This document shows positions 19,418 through 29,891 of a DNA stretch of 64,000 nt, piece after piece (the first letter of the stretch is position 1; the number at the start of each line of letters is the position of its first letter). The notes beneath the pieces are model-generated. The model was not told the origin of the DNA, searched no databases, and saw only the letters and a program-made list of their open reading frames with translations. The position numbers were made by a program, and so were the translations under genes. This DNA comes from Candidatus Hodarchaeota archaeon (GTDB lineage Archaea > Asgardarchaeota > Heimdallarchaeia > Hodarchaeales > Hodarchaeaceae): NCBI GenBank assembly GCA_016840035.1, contig JAEOTC010000086.1, positions 1 to 64,000 on the forward strand, read 5' to 3'.

Positions 19418-21100
19418 ATGATGACAGTTAAAGGATGGGTCGATCGCTCGCGAATAGATGCGCGACTTGGATACAAGATTCTCATTGCAGGTTTAGCTGA
19501 AGCCGGAAAAACGGCCGTTAAACGGCAATTCTTCCTGAAACATAAAACCGAGGAAGTAGATGGTCTTTCAGCAACTTTAAGCTATGAGAGATTATCTGTT
19601 ACAATAGATAAGACCCCTATTACAATCCTTGATCTAGGTGGACAGAAAATTTTTCTCAAGCGATTTCTAACCACTTTTTCTCCTTTCATCTTTAGCTCCG
19701 TTGTTGCACTTATCTTTCTTATTGATGTTTCCCACAGAACTTCAAGAGACAATGCCGTTCAGTATTTTAAAGCCTGTATTGAAAAGCTTCAGACATACTC
19801 AAAAGAAGCCCAGATCTATGTTTTTTTGCATAAGAATGATCTCGTTGAAAATTGGCCAAACTATGAGACCATTCATGATCTTTTAAAAGAAGAATTCCAA
19901 ATTGAATGCAATAAACAGGTAAAATTCTTTAGAACAACAATATTCAACCCGCAGTCAATTGTAGAGAGTTTTGGAAGAGTAATTGAATTATCGATGCCGG
20001 AGTTAAGTCAAAGTGAGTTTGTAGAAGGCCAAGTTATTGGTGAAATTGAAGAATACAGTTCTAAGGAAAAAGTGGTCATATCCTCCTCTTCCCAGACCAA
20101 GAGCGATGAAGAAATATCAGAGCAATTAGAATTTGACGAAGATGAAGATCCAGCTTATTTGGAGAGAATTCAAAGCTTAATGAAGGGATCAATGGTCGAT
20201 GAGTCCATAAAACCAAAAACTTCACATTCTGCTGTGGGAGAGGCAATCACAGAAGAAATGTTAAATGAATCTGAATTAATTCCTCCAGCTTTGAATCAGA
20301 CAGATGAAATATCCACCGAGAAAACACAAGATATTGCAGTGAATCGTGAAATAAGTTCATTAATTGACTATTATGGAATCGATATTGAGATTGCTTCTGC
20401 AGTTGTAAATTCTGGCTTTAAGAGTCTCTTTCAGATGGCTACAACTGCTGGTGTTCCATTACATCTTGTAAGTGATGTTATTACCAAATATATTCCATTC
20501 CTAAAATCACAAGGTCTTGATCTCAATCTTTTAACTCTTGAAAGGCTATTAGATATCTTTTCATCATATTTACGTAAAGATTTTGATGAGAACGGTCTGT
20601 TTTCATGTCTTATTTTTGCAGTAAAAAAGCCAGATTTAACGATTGACCAAATAACCAAGAATTATTTAGTAAAGCCTCAGAGAAAGCCTAAAGGAGTCGG
20701 AGAGCGAGTAAAAACTAGTTCTACGCCTCAAGTTCAACAAGAAATATCTGTTGAATCTGTGAAAGGAATAATTCCTATTCCCAATTCTCAAGGTTTGGGA
20801 TTCAAAGCTAATTTAACAAAGCATCTATTATATCTCACAATATATTGTGAAAATAGAATAGTTAATAGAATTAAACTATCCCCCACAATCTCAATAAAGG
20901 AATTAGTATATCTCTTGACTTTTCAAATGAACTTAGATTCCTTGGGATTTATATATGGTGGTGAGAGATCAATTAATCTATCAGCCCTTATTATTCATGA
21001 TGCATTGTCTCAAATGCGTGAGGCTGGTTTAACATCAACCTGTGATATTAAAGGAGTCAATATTCCAAAGATTATGAAGAGTTATTCTGAGTCTGAATAA
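19418..21100 (+). CDS. Rag/Arf-like GTPase with acidic linker and unknown C-terminal domain
   Basis: GLAEAGKT, DLGGQ, HKND, TTIF within first ~190 aa. Confidence 0.8.
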   Translation: MMTVKGWVDRSRIDARLGYKILIAGLAEAGKTAVKRQFFLKHKTEEVDGLSATLSYERLSVTIDKTPITILDLGGQKIFLKRFLTTFSPFIFSSVVALIFLIDVSHRTSRDNAVQYFKACIEKLQTYSKEAQIYVFLHKNDLVENWPNYETIHDLLKEEFQIECNKQVKFFRTTIFNPQSIVESFGRVIELSMPELSQSEFVEGQVIGEIEEYSSKEKVVISSSSQTKSDEEISEQLEFDEDEDPAYLERIQSLMKGSMVDESIKPKTSHSAVGEAITEEMLNESELIPPALNQTDEISTEKTQDIAVNREISSLIDYYGIDIEIASAVVNSGFKSLFQMATTAGVPLHLVSDVITKYIPFLKSQGLDLNLLTLERLLDIFSSYLRKDFDENGLFSCLIFAVKKPDLTIDQITKNYLVKPQRKPKGVGERVKTSSTPQVQQEISVESVKGIIPIPNSQGLGFKANLTKHLLYLTIYCENRIVNRIKLSPTISIKELVYLLTFQMNLDSLGFIYGGERSINLSALIIHDALSQMREAGLTSTCDIKGVNIPKIMKSYSESE

Positions 21101-21497
21101 CAAACATTCTTAATTTCTTAAAGTTCTCCTACAACAGGAGAAAGAATTTCTAGTTTATTGACTTGTATTAACCTGTCTGACATCCTTCTCTCATATTATT
21201 CCAACGAAATTCATTTGATCAGACCAAACCAGAAGCTCGAATGAGCACTGGGATACTTTTTCGGGTGTATAAAATCAATTGTGAGTATTTTAGTTTAAAG
21301 TATACATAAGATTATTTAGAGGAGATATTCTCACCAAAAGTGTAATTGACTTTTCTAGGGTGCTTAAAAGGCGTTTATCAAAGGTTCAGGTGAGGTCGAA
21401 TGAAATGATGCCCCCTGGCGATCGCGGTAATGGCGGTAAATAAGAATTTTTCCGGAAATCAAATTTCCTCCCTCTCTTTCTTTTTTTGGGGAGGTAA

Positions 21498-23036
21498 TTA
21501 TTCATCACAAAAAGGCTGCAATAAAATGGGCATATCCCAATGATAACGGTTTTTGTCAAACCATTCTTCTTTTAACGATTGTCTAACATGGATTCGACTT
21601 ACTGGAGTTACTAGCCAATTTAATGAGGATTTAATCCAGTCAAACATTTTTGGTGTCAATACTGTCCATATATAGTAAGCTTCCACAGAAAAATAAACTT
21701 CTGCATATGGAAGTATATCCAAAAAGAGTTTTAACTGCAACATTGAAATATTTGGAATTTTTATGAAGAACATATTAATAGAGTAGTCGTCTATCAGTCG
21801 CCAAGGAATGAAACCTATAGATAATACTTTTTTTGCATAAAATTCCTGTAGAAGCTCTATCTCATCTCTTGAAAAGGCTTCTAAATGCCTTTTATTTGTT
21901 TTCACAGAATAAGGTAATTCATCATAAGAAAATTCTGAGGGAGATTTAATATATAATTCGATACTCTTTAGAAATTTATTGTCCTTTAGAAAATCTTGTG
22001 ATTGTCTTGTATATGGTGTAAAATGAAGAGATATGGGGTCGTAATTGTCTACTTCACTCTCTGATACTCTCAATAGTCGTTTCAGCTGATTCTTTTTGCT
22101 TTGTGATGGCTCGACCCAACCGATATTTTCTTTGTAATACTTAAAAGAGGTGCTTCTCCATCTATTCTGAATTGGTTGTAGTTCGTGTAAGGTTAGCACA
22201 GTTTGATCTTCATATTGTTGAAAAAAAGCTTCTACGAGATCAACATTCTTATTGGGAACTAGGAGTAGTCCAAAGTACTCCTTTTCTGATCCTTGAACCT
22301 GAAAAATGCTGCTATAGCAGAGCGTGGTATTCTTCGGTTCGTTTAAGTTGAAAACTCCCTCAAGTGATAAAGGCCTCTTACTTGTGATATGAAAAAAGAC
22401 ATGCGTAAGTCCAAATGCTCGTGAATGAAAATGGATCCACCATCTTCCCTCAATTAACGTATAGAATCGTGATAGTTCCGATCTTTTCTTTAATCGACTG
22501 GAAAGGCCTTCTTTATTCATCAATTCCATTTTAATAAAGTTTGAATTTAGAGATTCTAGTTCTCCTATTTCCAGTATAGCATAAGTGAGATCTAGTAGGC
22601 GTAATTCTTCCGATGTGAGGGCGGAATAGAGAATTTTTATATGCTGTAGAGCTTTTTCAAAATACTTACTCTTTAAAGGTTCTTCTGATCTGATCAAGTG
22701 AAATAGAGGTCGCAGCTGTTGTAATAGAAATCCATAGAATTCATGAGGATAAAATCGGGCAATACTCAAATGGTACAATGCATTTTCTGCAAGGATGACA
22801 GTTAATCCTAAAAAGTACGTTTCTAAAAAACGATCGCTCTTTCTTATCTTATTTGTATATGTTATGAACTGGGTTCTAAGTTTTTCTCGTTGATTATCCG
22901 CCTCTTCAAAATGTTTCACTAATTCTAGAAATTCATAAATTAATTGTTGATCTTCAAGGGGATATTTTTCGATGAGAGGAGGGAATTGGTGACATATCGT
23001 CTTGATACTCTTCTTCAAAGTTTCAAGTTTACTCAT
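21498..23036 (-). CDS. Putative large regulator with degenerate tandem Lrp/AsnC-like modules
   Basis: LTSEELRLL...RAFGL and FSRDEIELL segments; same size and layout as 26115..27659. Confidence 0.45.
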   Translation of the reverse strand: MSKLETLKKSIKTICHQFPPLIEKYPLEDQQLIYEFLELVKHFEEADNQREKLRTQFITYTNKIRKSDRFLETYFLGLTVILAENALYHLSIARFYPHEFYGFLLQQLRPLFHLIRSEEPLKSKYFEKALQHIKILYSALTSEELRLLDLTYAILEIGELESLNSNFIKMELMNKEGLSSRLKKRSELSRFYTLIEGRWWIHFHSRAFGLTHVFFHITSKRPLSLEGVFNLNEPKNTTLCYSSIFQVQGSEKEYFGLLLVPNKNVDLVEAFFQQYEDQTVLTLHELQPIQNRWRSTSFKYYKENIGWVEPSQSKKNQLKRLLRVSESEVDNYDPISLHFTPYTRQSQDFLKDNKFLKSIELYIKSPSEFSYDELPYSVKTNKRHLEAFSRDEIELLQEFYAKKVLSIGFIPWRLIDDYSINMFFIKIPNISMLQLKLFLDILPYAEVYFSVEAYYIWTVLTPKMFDWIKSSLNWLVTPVSRIHVRQSLKEEWFDKNRYHWDMPILLQPFCDE

Positions 23037-23334
23037 TCATATCCCTTGAATTTTCTCTGGAAAGGATTAAGTCTTGTTTCACTTAGTACTATTTGTTTAT
23101 TAAGTATACTCCTAGCTTGATCAAGAAATAAAAGGATTTCAGTAAATTAGAGAGAATTCTTGGCTAAGAAAGACTTTTTCATTGTTTTAATCATTTAATT
23201 TTTCAAGTGAATTTAAATTCCCAGTGGAAAGGGGTTGGTTTATCCAATTTCTTAGAAAAAGTCTTCTGCTGTTGAAAATTATGTTAATCTGAATTAATTC
23301 TTAAGAAGTATTCCCATTTCCACAATAAAGAATT

Positions 23335-24306
23335 TTAATTATTCAATTTCTCGTTTTTATATTTTAAGCATAAATAAGCATAAAATGTTACCCACTTATT
23401 TTCAGTTTGTTTTGGACCTGGGTAAAAATGTCGATTGGTAGTTTTTCCAGGTGTCCAGTCTAAGATATATCTGTCTGTAGAAGTTCTATGCTCTTGTAGT
23501 ATTTCCCATGCCTTTTGAACTCGTAAGTCATCTCCATATCCCATTTTCGCAAGAGCATACAGAGTTTCGAGAAGGCCTGCTCGATAGGAAAAGGGGAAGA
23601 TGGTCTTTCCTGTTTCCCGTGTTACGAATTCCACCGGCTTTTTTGTCTTGAATAATACATTTCTGTCAAGAAAATAGTCAACTACCCGTTTAGTATTTGC
23701 ATCTGTCCACAGCTTCGGGAGTTCACTGATTGCGAACAGCACTTTTACTGTTCCGCGGTAACAGCTTTTCGTTAGTCGTGTTTTCCTTTTTCCTTCATGC
23801 ATGTCACATAAATATCCTTGATCCTCACGAATCATCGTCTTGAGTAAATTTATCGTCTTTAATACCCGTGGATCCTCTTCAAATCCCAGTTTTACAAATG
23901 TTCGAATATTTAAACCGTATAAACATGAAAAATGATCCCAAAAATCCCCATCTGGCTGTTGGAGTGATAAGTAGCGATTGATTGCTTTCTTAATCTGAGG
24001 ATTGTCTTTCTTCACTCCCAATTCTGCTAAATAACTCAGAATATAGTGTGTGGTACTCCAATCTGCGTATTCTACCCCTGCTCCAATTACTCGGCCATTT
24101 CGTTTCTTTACCTCCCAATATCCTTCAGGATGCATCCGCTTCAAAATATTCTGGACCACAGGATACTCACTTATCGCTTTTTGTGCATTTTTTGCCTCTT
24201 CACTCGTACTTGGGATATCCTGTAACTCTACCATGGTTCGATATCGTATGGAGGGATTTTCTTCTTCCAACAACCATTTTCTTACATTTTTTGGAACTAT
24301 TTCCAT
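23335..24306 (-). CDS. Prenyltransferase/squalene-cyclase repeat (alpha/alpha barrel) protein
   Basis: WLLEEENPSIRY, HPEGYW, LQQPDGDF, ENKWVT. Confidence 0.75.
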   Translation of the reverse strand: MEIVPKNVRKWLLEEENPSIRYRTMVELQDIPSTSEEAKNAQKAISEYPVVQNILKRMHPEGYWEVKKRNGRVIGAGVEYADWSTTHYILSYLAELGVKKDNPQIKKAINRYLSLQQPDGDFWDHFSCLYGLNIRTFVKLGFEEDPRVLKTINLLKTMIREDQGYLCDMHEGKRKTRLTKSCYRGTVKVLFAISELPKLWTDANTKRVVDYFLDRNVLFKTKKPVEFVTRETGKTIFPFSYRAGLLETLYALAKMGYGDDLRVQKAWEILQEHRTSTDRYILDWTPGKTTNRHFYPGPKQTENKWVTFYAYLCLKYKNEKLNN

Positions 24307-24370
24307 ATATTCATTTCCTAAAGTATTTAGAACAAAAGTAAGATTTTAATCCTTCTTCTCCTTAAATGAA

Positions 24371-25087
24371 TTAACTTCTTCTTTGTTTTCTTCTAAAATT
24401 AATGGTTAAGATAATTATTCCCACCAAGAGGGGGATGGTCTCAAACCCTATAATCACTTTTAGAGGAGTCATTGTCAGTTCGATTTCTGATAGAATGGTA
24501 GTTTTATTTGATATTCGATATCTTCTATATGTTAACCATCCAGTTTTCCAATTTCTTGTCCGATTAAACCACCATGTTTCTGTTCCACGCTGAGATTCTA
24601 CTGTTTCTGTATATTTATCCCCCTCTAGTGAATACTCATATTTTGTAATGTTTAAATCGCTGTAAGTTTGTAATCCATCATATACATTCTCCCAATAAGA
24701 TTTATTTAGATATGTTGGTCTAACATAATCTGTGTATCTGCCGTGGATTGATACTTCACCAAATGTAAGGTTTAATAGGGCTATTGGAGGACCTACGACT
24801 TGAGCTTCAAATTCTAGTATTTCTACTACTAACCTGGTTCCTTCCTTAACTGTATAATTAATCAATTCTCCGTTTTCAGCCCGATAAGTATTGAGGTAGG
24901 TTGATGGATTATTATCACCATCGAAATTATCAATCGTATATACTTCGGTGAAGACGTAAACCATCTTATCACCTGCATTAACCTGCCATACAAATTCCTC
25001 AGACTGAGTGATTACTGGATTTAATGGCATCGTTATGATTAATATGGCGCTTACTAAACTTAAGATCTGCCAATCTCGTATTTCCAT
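24371..25087 (-). CDS. Secreted protein with GF-type C-terminal sorting anchor
   Basis: Signal peptide; W.V..GD motif; tail GFETIPLLVGIIILTINFRRKQRR. Confidence 0.75.
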   Translation of the reverse strand: MEIRDWQILSLVSAILIITMPLNPVITQSEEFVWQVNAGDKMVYVFTEVYTIDNFDGDNNPSTYLNTYRAENGELINYTVKEGTRLVVEILEFEAQVVGPPIALLNLTFGEVSIHGRYTDYVRPTYLNKSYWENVYDGLQTYSDLNITKYEYSLEGDKYTETVESQRGTETWWFNRTRNWKTGWLTYRRYRISNKTTILSEIELTMTPLKVIIGFETIPLLVGIIILTINFRRKQRRS

Positions 25088-25224
25088 TCCGTTTCACCGG
25101 TATTGTAATCCATTATAAGAGATTCCTCTTTTATTTCTGGTTGGTTATCTCTTATTCTCGGTGTAGTGTTTACTATTCTCTCTCGGAAGACATCTCAATC
25201 TACCTTTTCAAAAAATCCTTCTCA

Positions 25225-25749
25225 TTAATCGTCAGTTGAGAACCATTCATGACTTCCGAATTGGTTTTTAGTAACAGGAGTGCCAGTGGATAAGTAAAAC
25301 TCGAAACCTTTGAGTACAGACTGTAAATATTTTCTTAACAAAGGTCTAACTTTGAAATAAAAGGGTATCACACCTCTAATCCAAGACCTCTCTTGTAGAA
25401 TATTGGGGAAGATCGTTATCAAAAGACTGCAGTCTTCTGGATTCTCTGATTGTATTACCCAAGAAACTTTGGACATACGTCCTCCCTCACGCCCAATTAA
25501 GAGATCATATCCTACCCCCTCATTCCATGAATAGAATTCTCTATGGAGTATTCTTCCATTATAGTATTCAATTGTATCTTTTGACCCTACTCCTTGCCAT
25601 TTTTGTACTGTATTTCTCTTGCAAAACGGATGAGTTTGTCCTAGAATTCCTGGGGTGGAGATTAACTCCCAAACTTCCTCTGCAGATGCTGAAAACTTCA
25701 GCTTTACACCAATTGGCCATTTAAACTGATGATTTGGATTTGTAATCAT
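25225..25749 (-). CDS. SRPBCC (START/polyketide cyclase-like) protein
   Basis: ASAEEVWELISTPG..HP pattern; C-terminal helix L..LK..LE.G. Confidence 0.7.
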   Translation of the reverse strand: MITNPNHQFKWPIGVKLKFSASAEEVWELISTPGILGQTHPFCKRNTVQKWQGVGSKDTIEYYNGRILHREFYSWNEGVGYDLLIGREGGRMSKVSWVIQSENPEDCSLLITIFPNILQERSWIRGVIPFYFKVRPLLRKYLQSVLKGFEFYLSTGTPVTKNQFGSHEWFSTDD

Positions 25750-25802
25750 GACATTGGTGGATTTTATCCATCTTTTTATAGCTAGAGAAACACTTCAAAG
25801 GT

Positions 25803-25834
25803 GAAAAAGAGGGATGAGGAGAAACTCCTCATCC
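25803..25834 (-). terminator. Perfect 10-bp hairpin plus T-tract
   Basis: GGATGAGGAG-3nt-CTCCTCATCC followed on - strand by CTCTTTTT. Confidence 0.55.
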
Positions 25835-26114
25835 AATACGCATTGGACACCCCTGACAACGCGAATCGTGGATAATAAGAGTCTGTGTGTATGGTTTTTG
25901 ATAATTCTTTGTATTGGTTGCAAAAAAACCGTTCTTTCAAATAATTATGAACCCCTAATCGGATAAAGAACAGCAATTACAACCAATACTATAACTTCCT
26001 ACCCTCCTTTAACCTCCAAGGGGTGGGTTTTTGGGTAAGTTCAGACTTTTTTTCGGTTCTTTGTAGCCGCATTGAGGATATTATTCTCAAGTTCAATTAA
26101 GGTTTGACAAGTTT

Positions 26115-27659
26115 TTAACGTATAACAGGAGAGTAAATATCTTTTAGAGAGAGATTACGTTGTACTAGGGTGGGAGGTTCAAATGTATATTGAATGGTTA
26201 CTTCAGGGAATACATTTCTTAAATGACGAATCCTGGTAACAAAATCTCGTGCCCAGATTTGGGGAAGATCTAAGCGACCGAAATACACGATTTTATCTGC
26301 CATGATGGAACTAAAAAAATCCATTCTGGGAAGGGTTTGGCAGTAATCGAGAAATGGATAATGATTGCCATTTTCTGGCATCGAGAGAAAGAGATGAATA
26401 GGTAAATTTAATCCTAGATTGTAATAATGGACCACCTGTTTGAGTAGCTCTGCAGAATGATACTCCGCTAATAATCTACCCACTGTATTAGGATGGAGCT
26501 GAACTTGGGCTGCTAGATCTTTGAGTCTGAGAATTTTCCCTACAGATACTAGGAAGGATAATAATGCAATATCCGCAGGTGTGAGAGTCCGAAATGGTTG
26601 GAAAACTGGATCCAAGGAAACGTCCATTATAGGTGGAGGTGCGTCTGGAATACTTGTTGGTTCTCCATAGAAAAATGGATAAGGCTGCGTCCAATTATTT
26701 TTTCCAATCATTAAACTTGAAAGATTCCACGAGTGTACACGTCTGGTCATTGGAAGAATCCAAGAAGAATTATTTGATTCTTCTCCCAAAGAAGCTTTTG
26801 CAACGGTTAGGAGTTCGTGATTTTGATAAGGTAGCTGTATAAGACTGAAACACTTTTCCCCTAGTTGCAATGATAATAAGCAATACTTGATTAGCGGGTC
26901 AGATAACTGATTAGAATTGCTAACTAAGTAGGTTTCAAACCCTAATTTTCCCATATCTAGAAAATGCATTGGAATGGCTAGTTGAAAAAAACGGAAATAT
27001 TCCAACTTATTTCGGATTGTTTCTGGACTTAATTCTGAATGCTGGGTAACAAATGTCTGTGTAGAGGGACCAGTTCGTCGATACTGGCTTTGGGTATAAG
27101 CGGATTGAAACCCATTTAACAAAATTAGATCTGACCGTGATAAGGGTAAAGCCATATCAAGTAACTTGGGAAAGAGAACTCGAAATAGTGTTTCTTCCGT
27201 CCCCAGTATCCTTCCATTATGGATATTCACCAGAAAGTTATTTAGTAGTCTATCCTGAGAATAAGCTAACTCGTAAGTTACCAGACGAAGCGGGAGTAAT
27301 ACACGTCCACCAAACCAAAGAACGGAAAATGAACCTAGAGATTTCATCCATGCTTCTGAATACTCGATTAATGGATGGTCCTTATATTTTTCACAGAAAG
27401 GGATTGTTAATTTTTCTTTAAGACCTTGGGTTATTTCAACGGTCTTTGAAATTCTTCGTACTCGTCGTTTGGTTACTTCAGTATGGATTATTGTCCATAA
27501 ATCACAAAAATCTTGCACAAAAGGAGTAATTGAACTTGGGGACTCGGATGGCCGTTGAACACCCTGACTCTTTTGCATTGACTGTCCCCATATGATAAAA
27601 CCGATTTCTAAATTTAAGCTCCCAAATATCACTTTCGAATATAAAAGTGAAAATAACAA
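26115..27659 (-). CDS. Tandem Lrp/AsnC-like HTH regulator
   Basis: Two HTH-like modules: LSRSDLILL...SPETIRNKL...DMGKLGF and LTPADIALL...LKDLAAQVQLHPNTVGRLL...NLGL; true start may be ~27578. Confidence 0.6.
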   Translation of the reverse strand: MLFSLLYSKVIFGSLNLEIGFIIWGQSMQKSQGVQRPSESPSSITPFVQDFCDLWTIIHTEVTKRRVRRISKTVEITQGLKEKLTIPFCEKYKDHPLIEYSEAWMKSLGSFSVLWFGGRVLLPLRLVTYELAYSQDRLLNNFLVNIHNGRILGTEETLFRVLFPKLLDMALPLSRSDLILLNGFQSAYTQSQYRRTGPSTQTFVTQHSELSPETIRNKLEYFRFFQLAIPMHFLDMGKLGFETYLVSNSNQLSDPLIKYCLLSLQLGEKCFSLIQLPYQNHELLTVAKASLGEESNNSSWILPMTRRVHSWNLSSLMIGKNNWTQPYPFFYGEPTSIPDAPPPIMDVSLDPVFQPFRTLTPADIALLSFLVSVGKILRLKDLAAQVQLHPNTVGRLLAEYHSAELLKQVVHYYNLGLNLPIHLFLSMPENGNHYPFLDYCQTLPRMDFFSSIMADKIVYFGRLDLPQIWARDFVTRIRHLRNVFPEVTIQYTFEPPTLVQRNLSLKDIYSPVIR

Positions 27660-27906
27660 TCTAGGATGAACATACTCTTGTTCTCATTGATCGCTATCAA
27701 CTAATACAACGAGGTTATTTTCAATGATTAAACGTGTCTGTAATAACAAAAACCGGACTAAAATATTCTGGATTACTCTTTGGCTTGTTATGATATTTAT
27801 TACCTTAACTCAAGGCGTAGCAGATCCATTAGAAGGGCCTTATCCACCTATTGGATATTAACCTTCCTCCTTTCTTTTTTCCTCCGTTTAACACCTATTT
27901 ATGGTC

Positions 27907-28860
27907 TTAAATTGTCTTTAGAACTCGGTCGATGGTTACTTTCTGTTCGAATATCCAGAAATAAGTCTGTTCCATTTGCTTTGCCTTCGATCTTTCTCCT
28001 GAATTATGAAAAAAATGTAAGAAGAGTAGTTGAAGTTGCATCAAAACGGCCCATAACCCATCTTTTTCCTGATGGTTAAGAGAATTTGATTGAAAGTATC
28101 CCTTAAGAATTGCTTGGAACATTTGATACCATTTATTCGTTATTTGTTTATCTCTAATCGTAAAAAGGGAACTTAATATTCCAGAAGCTAGATAACAGAG
28201 ATCAAAGATCTTAATTCCAAAAGTGACAAGTTCAAAGTCGAGAACGGCAACCAAGCGAGACGTTTTTTGTGTTCCTGTAAACAGAACGTTTTCAGGATGA
28301 AAGTCACGATGAATGATCTGCTGAGAGAAGCGTTCTTCAATCGGAAGCAGGTTTGTTTCAATCAAATCTAGCCTTTCGAATATTTCTGACTGGTTATATG
28401 CTTTAGGTTCATTTTGAAAACACTCACCTAACTTTTCTCTTAACCCTTCAAAAATCGGACTAGTTTTGCTAAAATCTCCTCCTTGAGAAGAGTAGTTACT
28501 TAAAGAATTGTGTAAATCTCCCAGAATTTTACCTATTCTTTTTGACCACCTTATATAATCTGGAGTTCTAGCTAAATCAATTGTTGTACCTTTAATGTAT
28601 CGATAAAGACAATAAATAGTGTTGTCGTTGAGGAAATAAGGAGATTCTTCAGTAGTAGTTAATGGAGGGTTAACAGGAAATCCTAGATTCGACAAATAGG
28701 ATATTATATTATTTTCTCTTATAAGTAGAGGTAAAGTTCTTTTTTCTTTTAATAAGAACTTCTTTTTTGGTGTGATGATCAGTTTCCTGTCTGGATATTT
28801 ATCTAAACTTTCGATCTTATAAGAGCGATCGATTTTCCATGCGGAGAGGATGTGATGCAT
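27907..28860 (-). CDS. APH/homoserine kinase type II-like phosphotransferase
   Basis: HRDFHPENVL and LDFE motifs. Confidence 0.85.
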   Translation of the reverse strand: MHHILSAWKIDRSYKIESLDKYPDRKLIITPKKKFLLKEKRTLPLLIRENNIISYLSNLGFPVNPPLTTTEESPYFLNDNTIYCLYRYIKGTTIDLARTPDYIRWSKRIGKILGDLHNSLSNYSSQGGDFSKTSPIFEGLREKLGECFQNEPKAYNQSEIFERLDLIETNLLPIEERFSQQIIHRDFHPENVLFTGTQKTSRLVAVLDFELVTFGIKIFDLCYLASGILSSLFTIRDKQITNKWYQMFQAILKGYFQSNSLNHQEKDGLWAVLMQLQLLFLHFFHNSGERSKAKQMEQTYFWIFEQKVTIDRVLKTI

Positions 28861-28882
28861 GCTTTAGCTCTCTTTTGGGGAT

Positions 28883-29818
28883 TTAGGATTGAAGTATAAA
28901 CTTCCCCTCAGCTGTCAATTTAACCGTACCGCTCACGAGGGCATTTATGATCTCATTTTCGTGGAAGACACATTCAACGAAAAGTCTGCTTGGTCTATTT
29001 ATCTCATATCCTTGTTCTAATACGATTTTTGATCCTCTGAGATGATTATCGATGACATTATTAACTTCGAGGTACCCTCCTATAGGTCCTGCTGCGCTTC
29101 CAGTGGCGGGATCTTCAGGAACACCTGCTGAAGGAGCAAACATTCGTACATGAGCATGTGAGTTGGAATGAATGGTTTCTGGGGTAAGTATTACCAATGC
29201 TTGGGACGAAAAATCCTTTAAAGTTTCCATTAGCAATGTAGGATTTAATTGAACCTTCTTTATTGCTTTCATGGAAGTAATGGGCACAATTAAGAAAGGA
29301 AATCCTGTTGAAACAAATTGCATTGGAAATTTGTCAATAATTACGTCTGGGGATACTCCTAAAATTTCGGCCATTGATTTTTTATCTTTAAAAACCTCAA
29401 GAAATTGTGGAGGAGCTTGGGACATTTGAATATGATTCTCATCTATTACACTCACCTCAATTGGCCCAATCCCCAATTCTAAGAAAAAAGATTTTTGATT
29501 TTTCTCTGTAATTTTTTGCCTTTTTAAAACAAATGCCGTTCCTAGAGTTGGATGCCCTGCAAATGGAATTTCACTAGCTGGAGTAAAGATTCGAACATTT
29601 CTGATACATTTTTCTATAGAGGAAGGGAATACAAACGTGGTTTCAGAGAAATTCATCTCTCGTGTAATACCTTGCATTTCTTCCTGTGATAAATCATTCT
29701 TCTTGAGATTACAAAATGTAGCTAATTGGTTTCCTGAAAATAAGTATCTATCATCTGTAAATACACTAGTTTGTATGAAATCGAATAAACGAATAATGAG
29801 ACCTCCTTTCTCTGTCAA
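28883..29818 (-). CDS. PhzF family isomerase
   Basis: GNQLA, NFSETTF, RIFTP..EIPFAGHPTLG, EDPATGSA. Confidence 0.93.
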   Translation of the reverse strand: MTEKGGLIIRLFDFIQTSVFTDDRYLFSGNQLATFCNLKKNDLSQEEMQGITREMNFSETTFVFPSSIEKCIRNVRIFTPASEIPFAGHPTLGTAFVLKRQKITEKNQKSFFLELGIGPIEVSVIDENHIQMSQAPPQFLEVFKDKKSMAEILGVSPDVIIDKFPMQFVSTGFPFLIVPITSMKAIKKVQLNPTLLMETLKDFSSQALVILTPETIHSNSHAHVRMFAPSAGVPEDPATGSAAGPIGGYLEVNNVIDNHLRGSKIVLEQGYEINRPSRLFVECVFHENEIINALVSGTVKLTAEGKFILQS

Positions 29819-29891
29819 TCATTCTTCTATAAGTACTCTAGAATATGAATTTTTATTTTGTGACAACAGAACTCAACGCTAAAAAACATCC

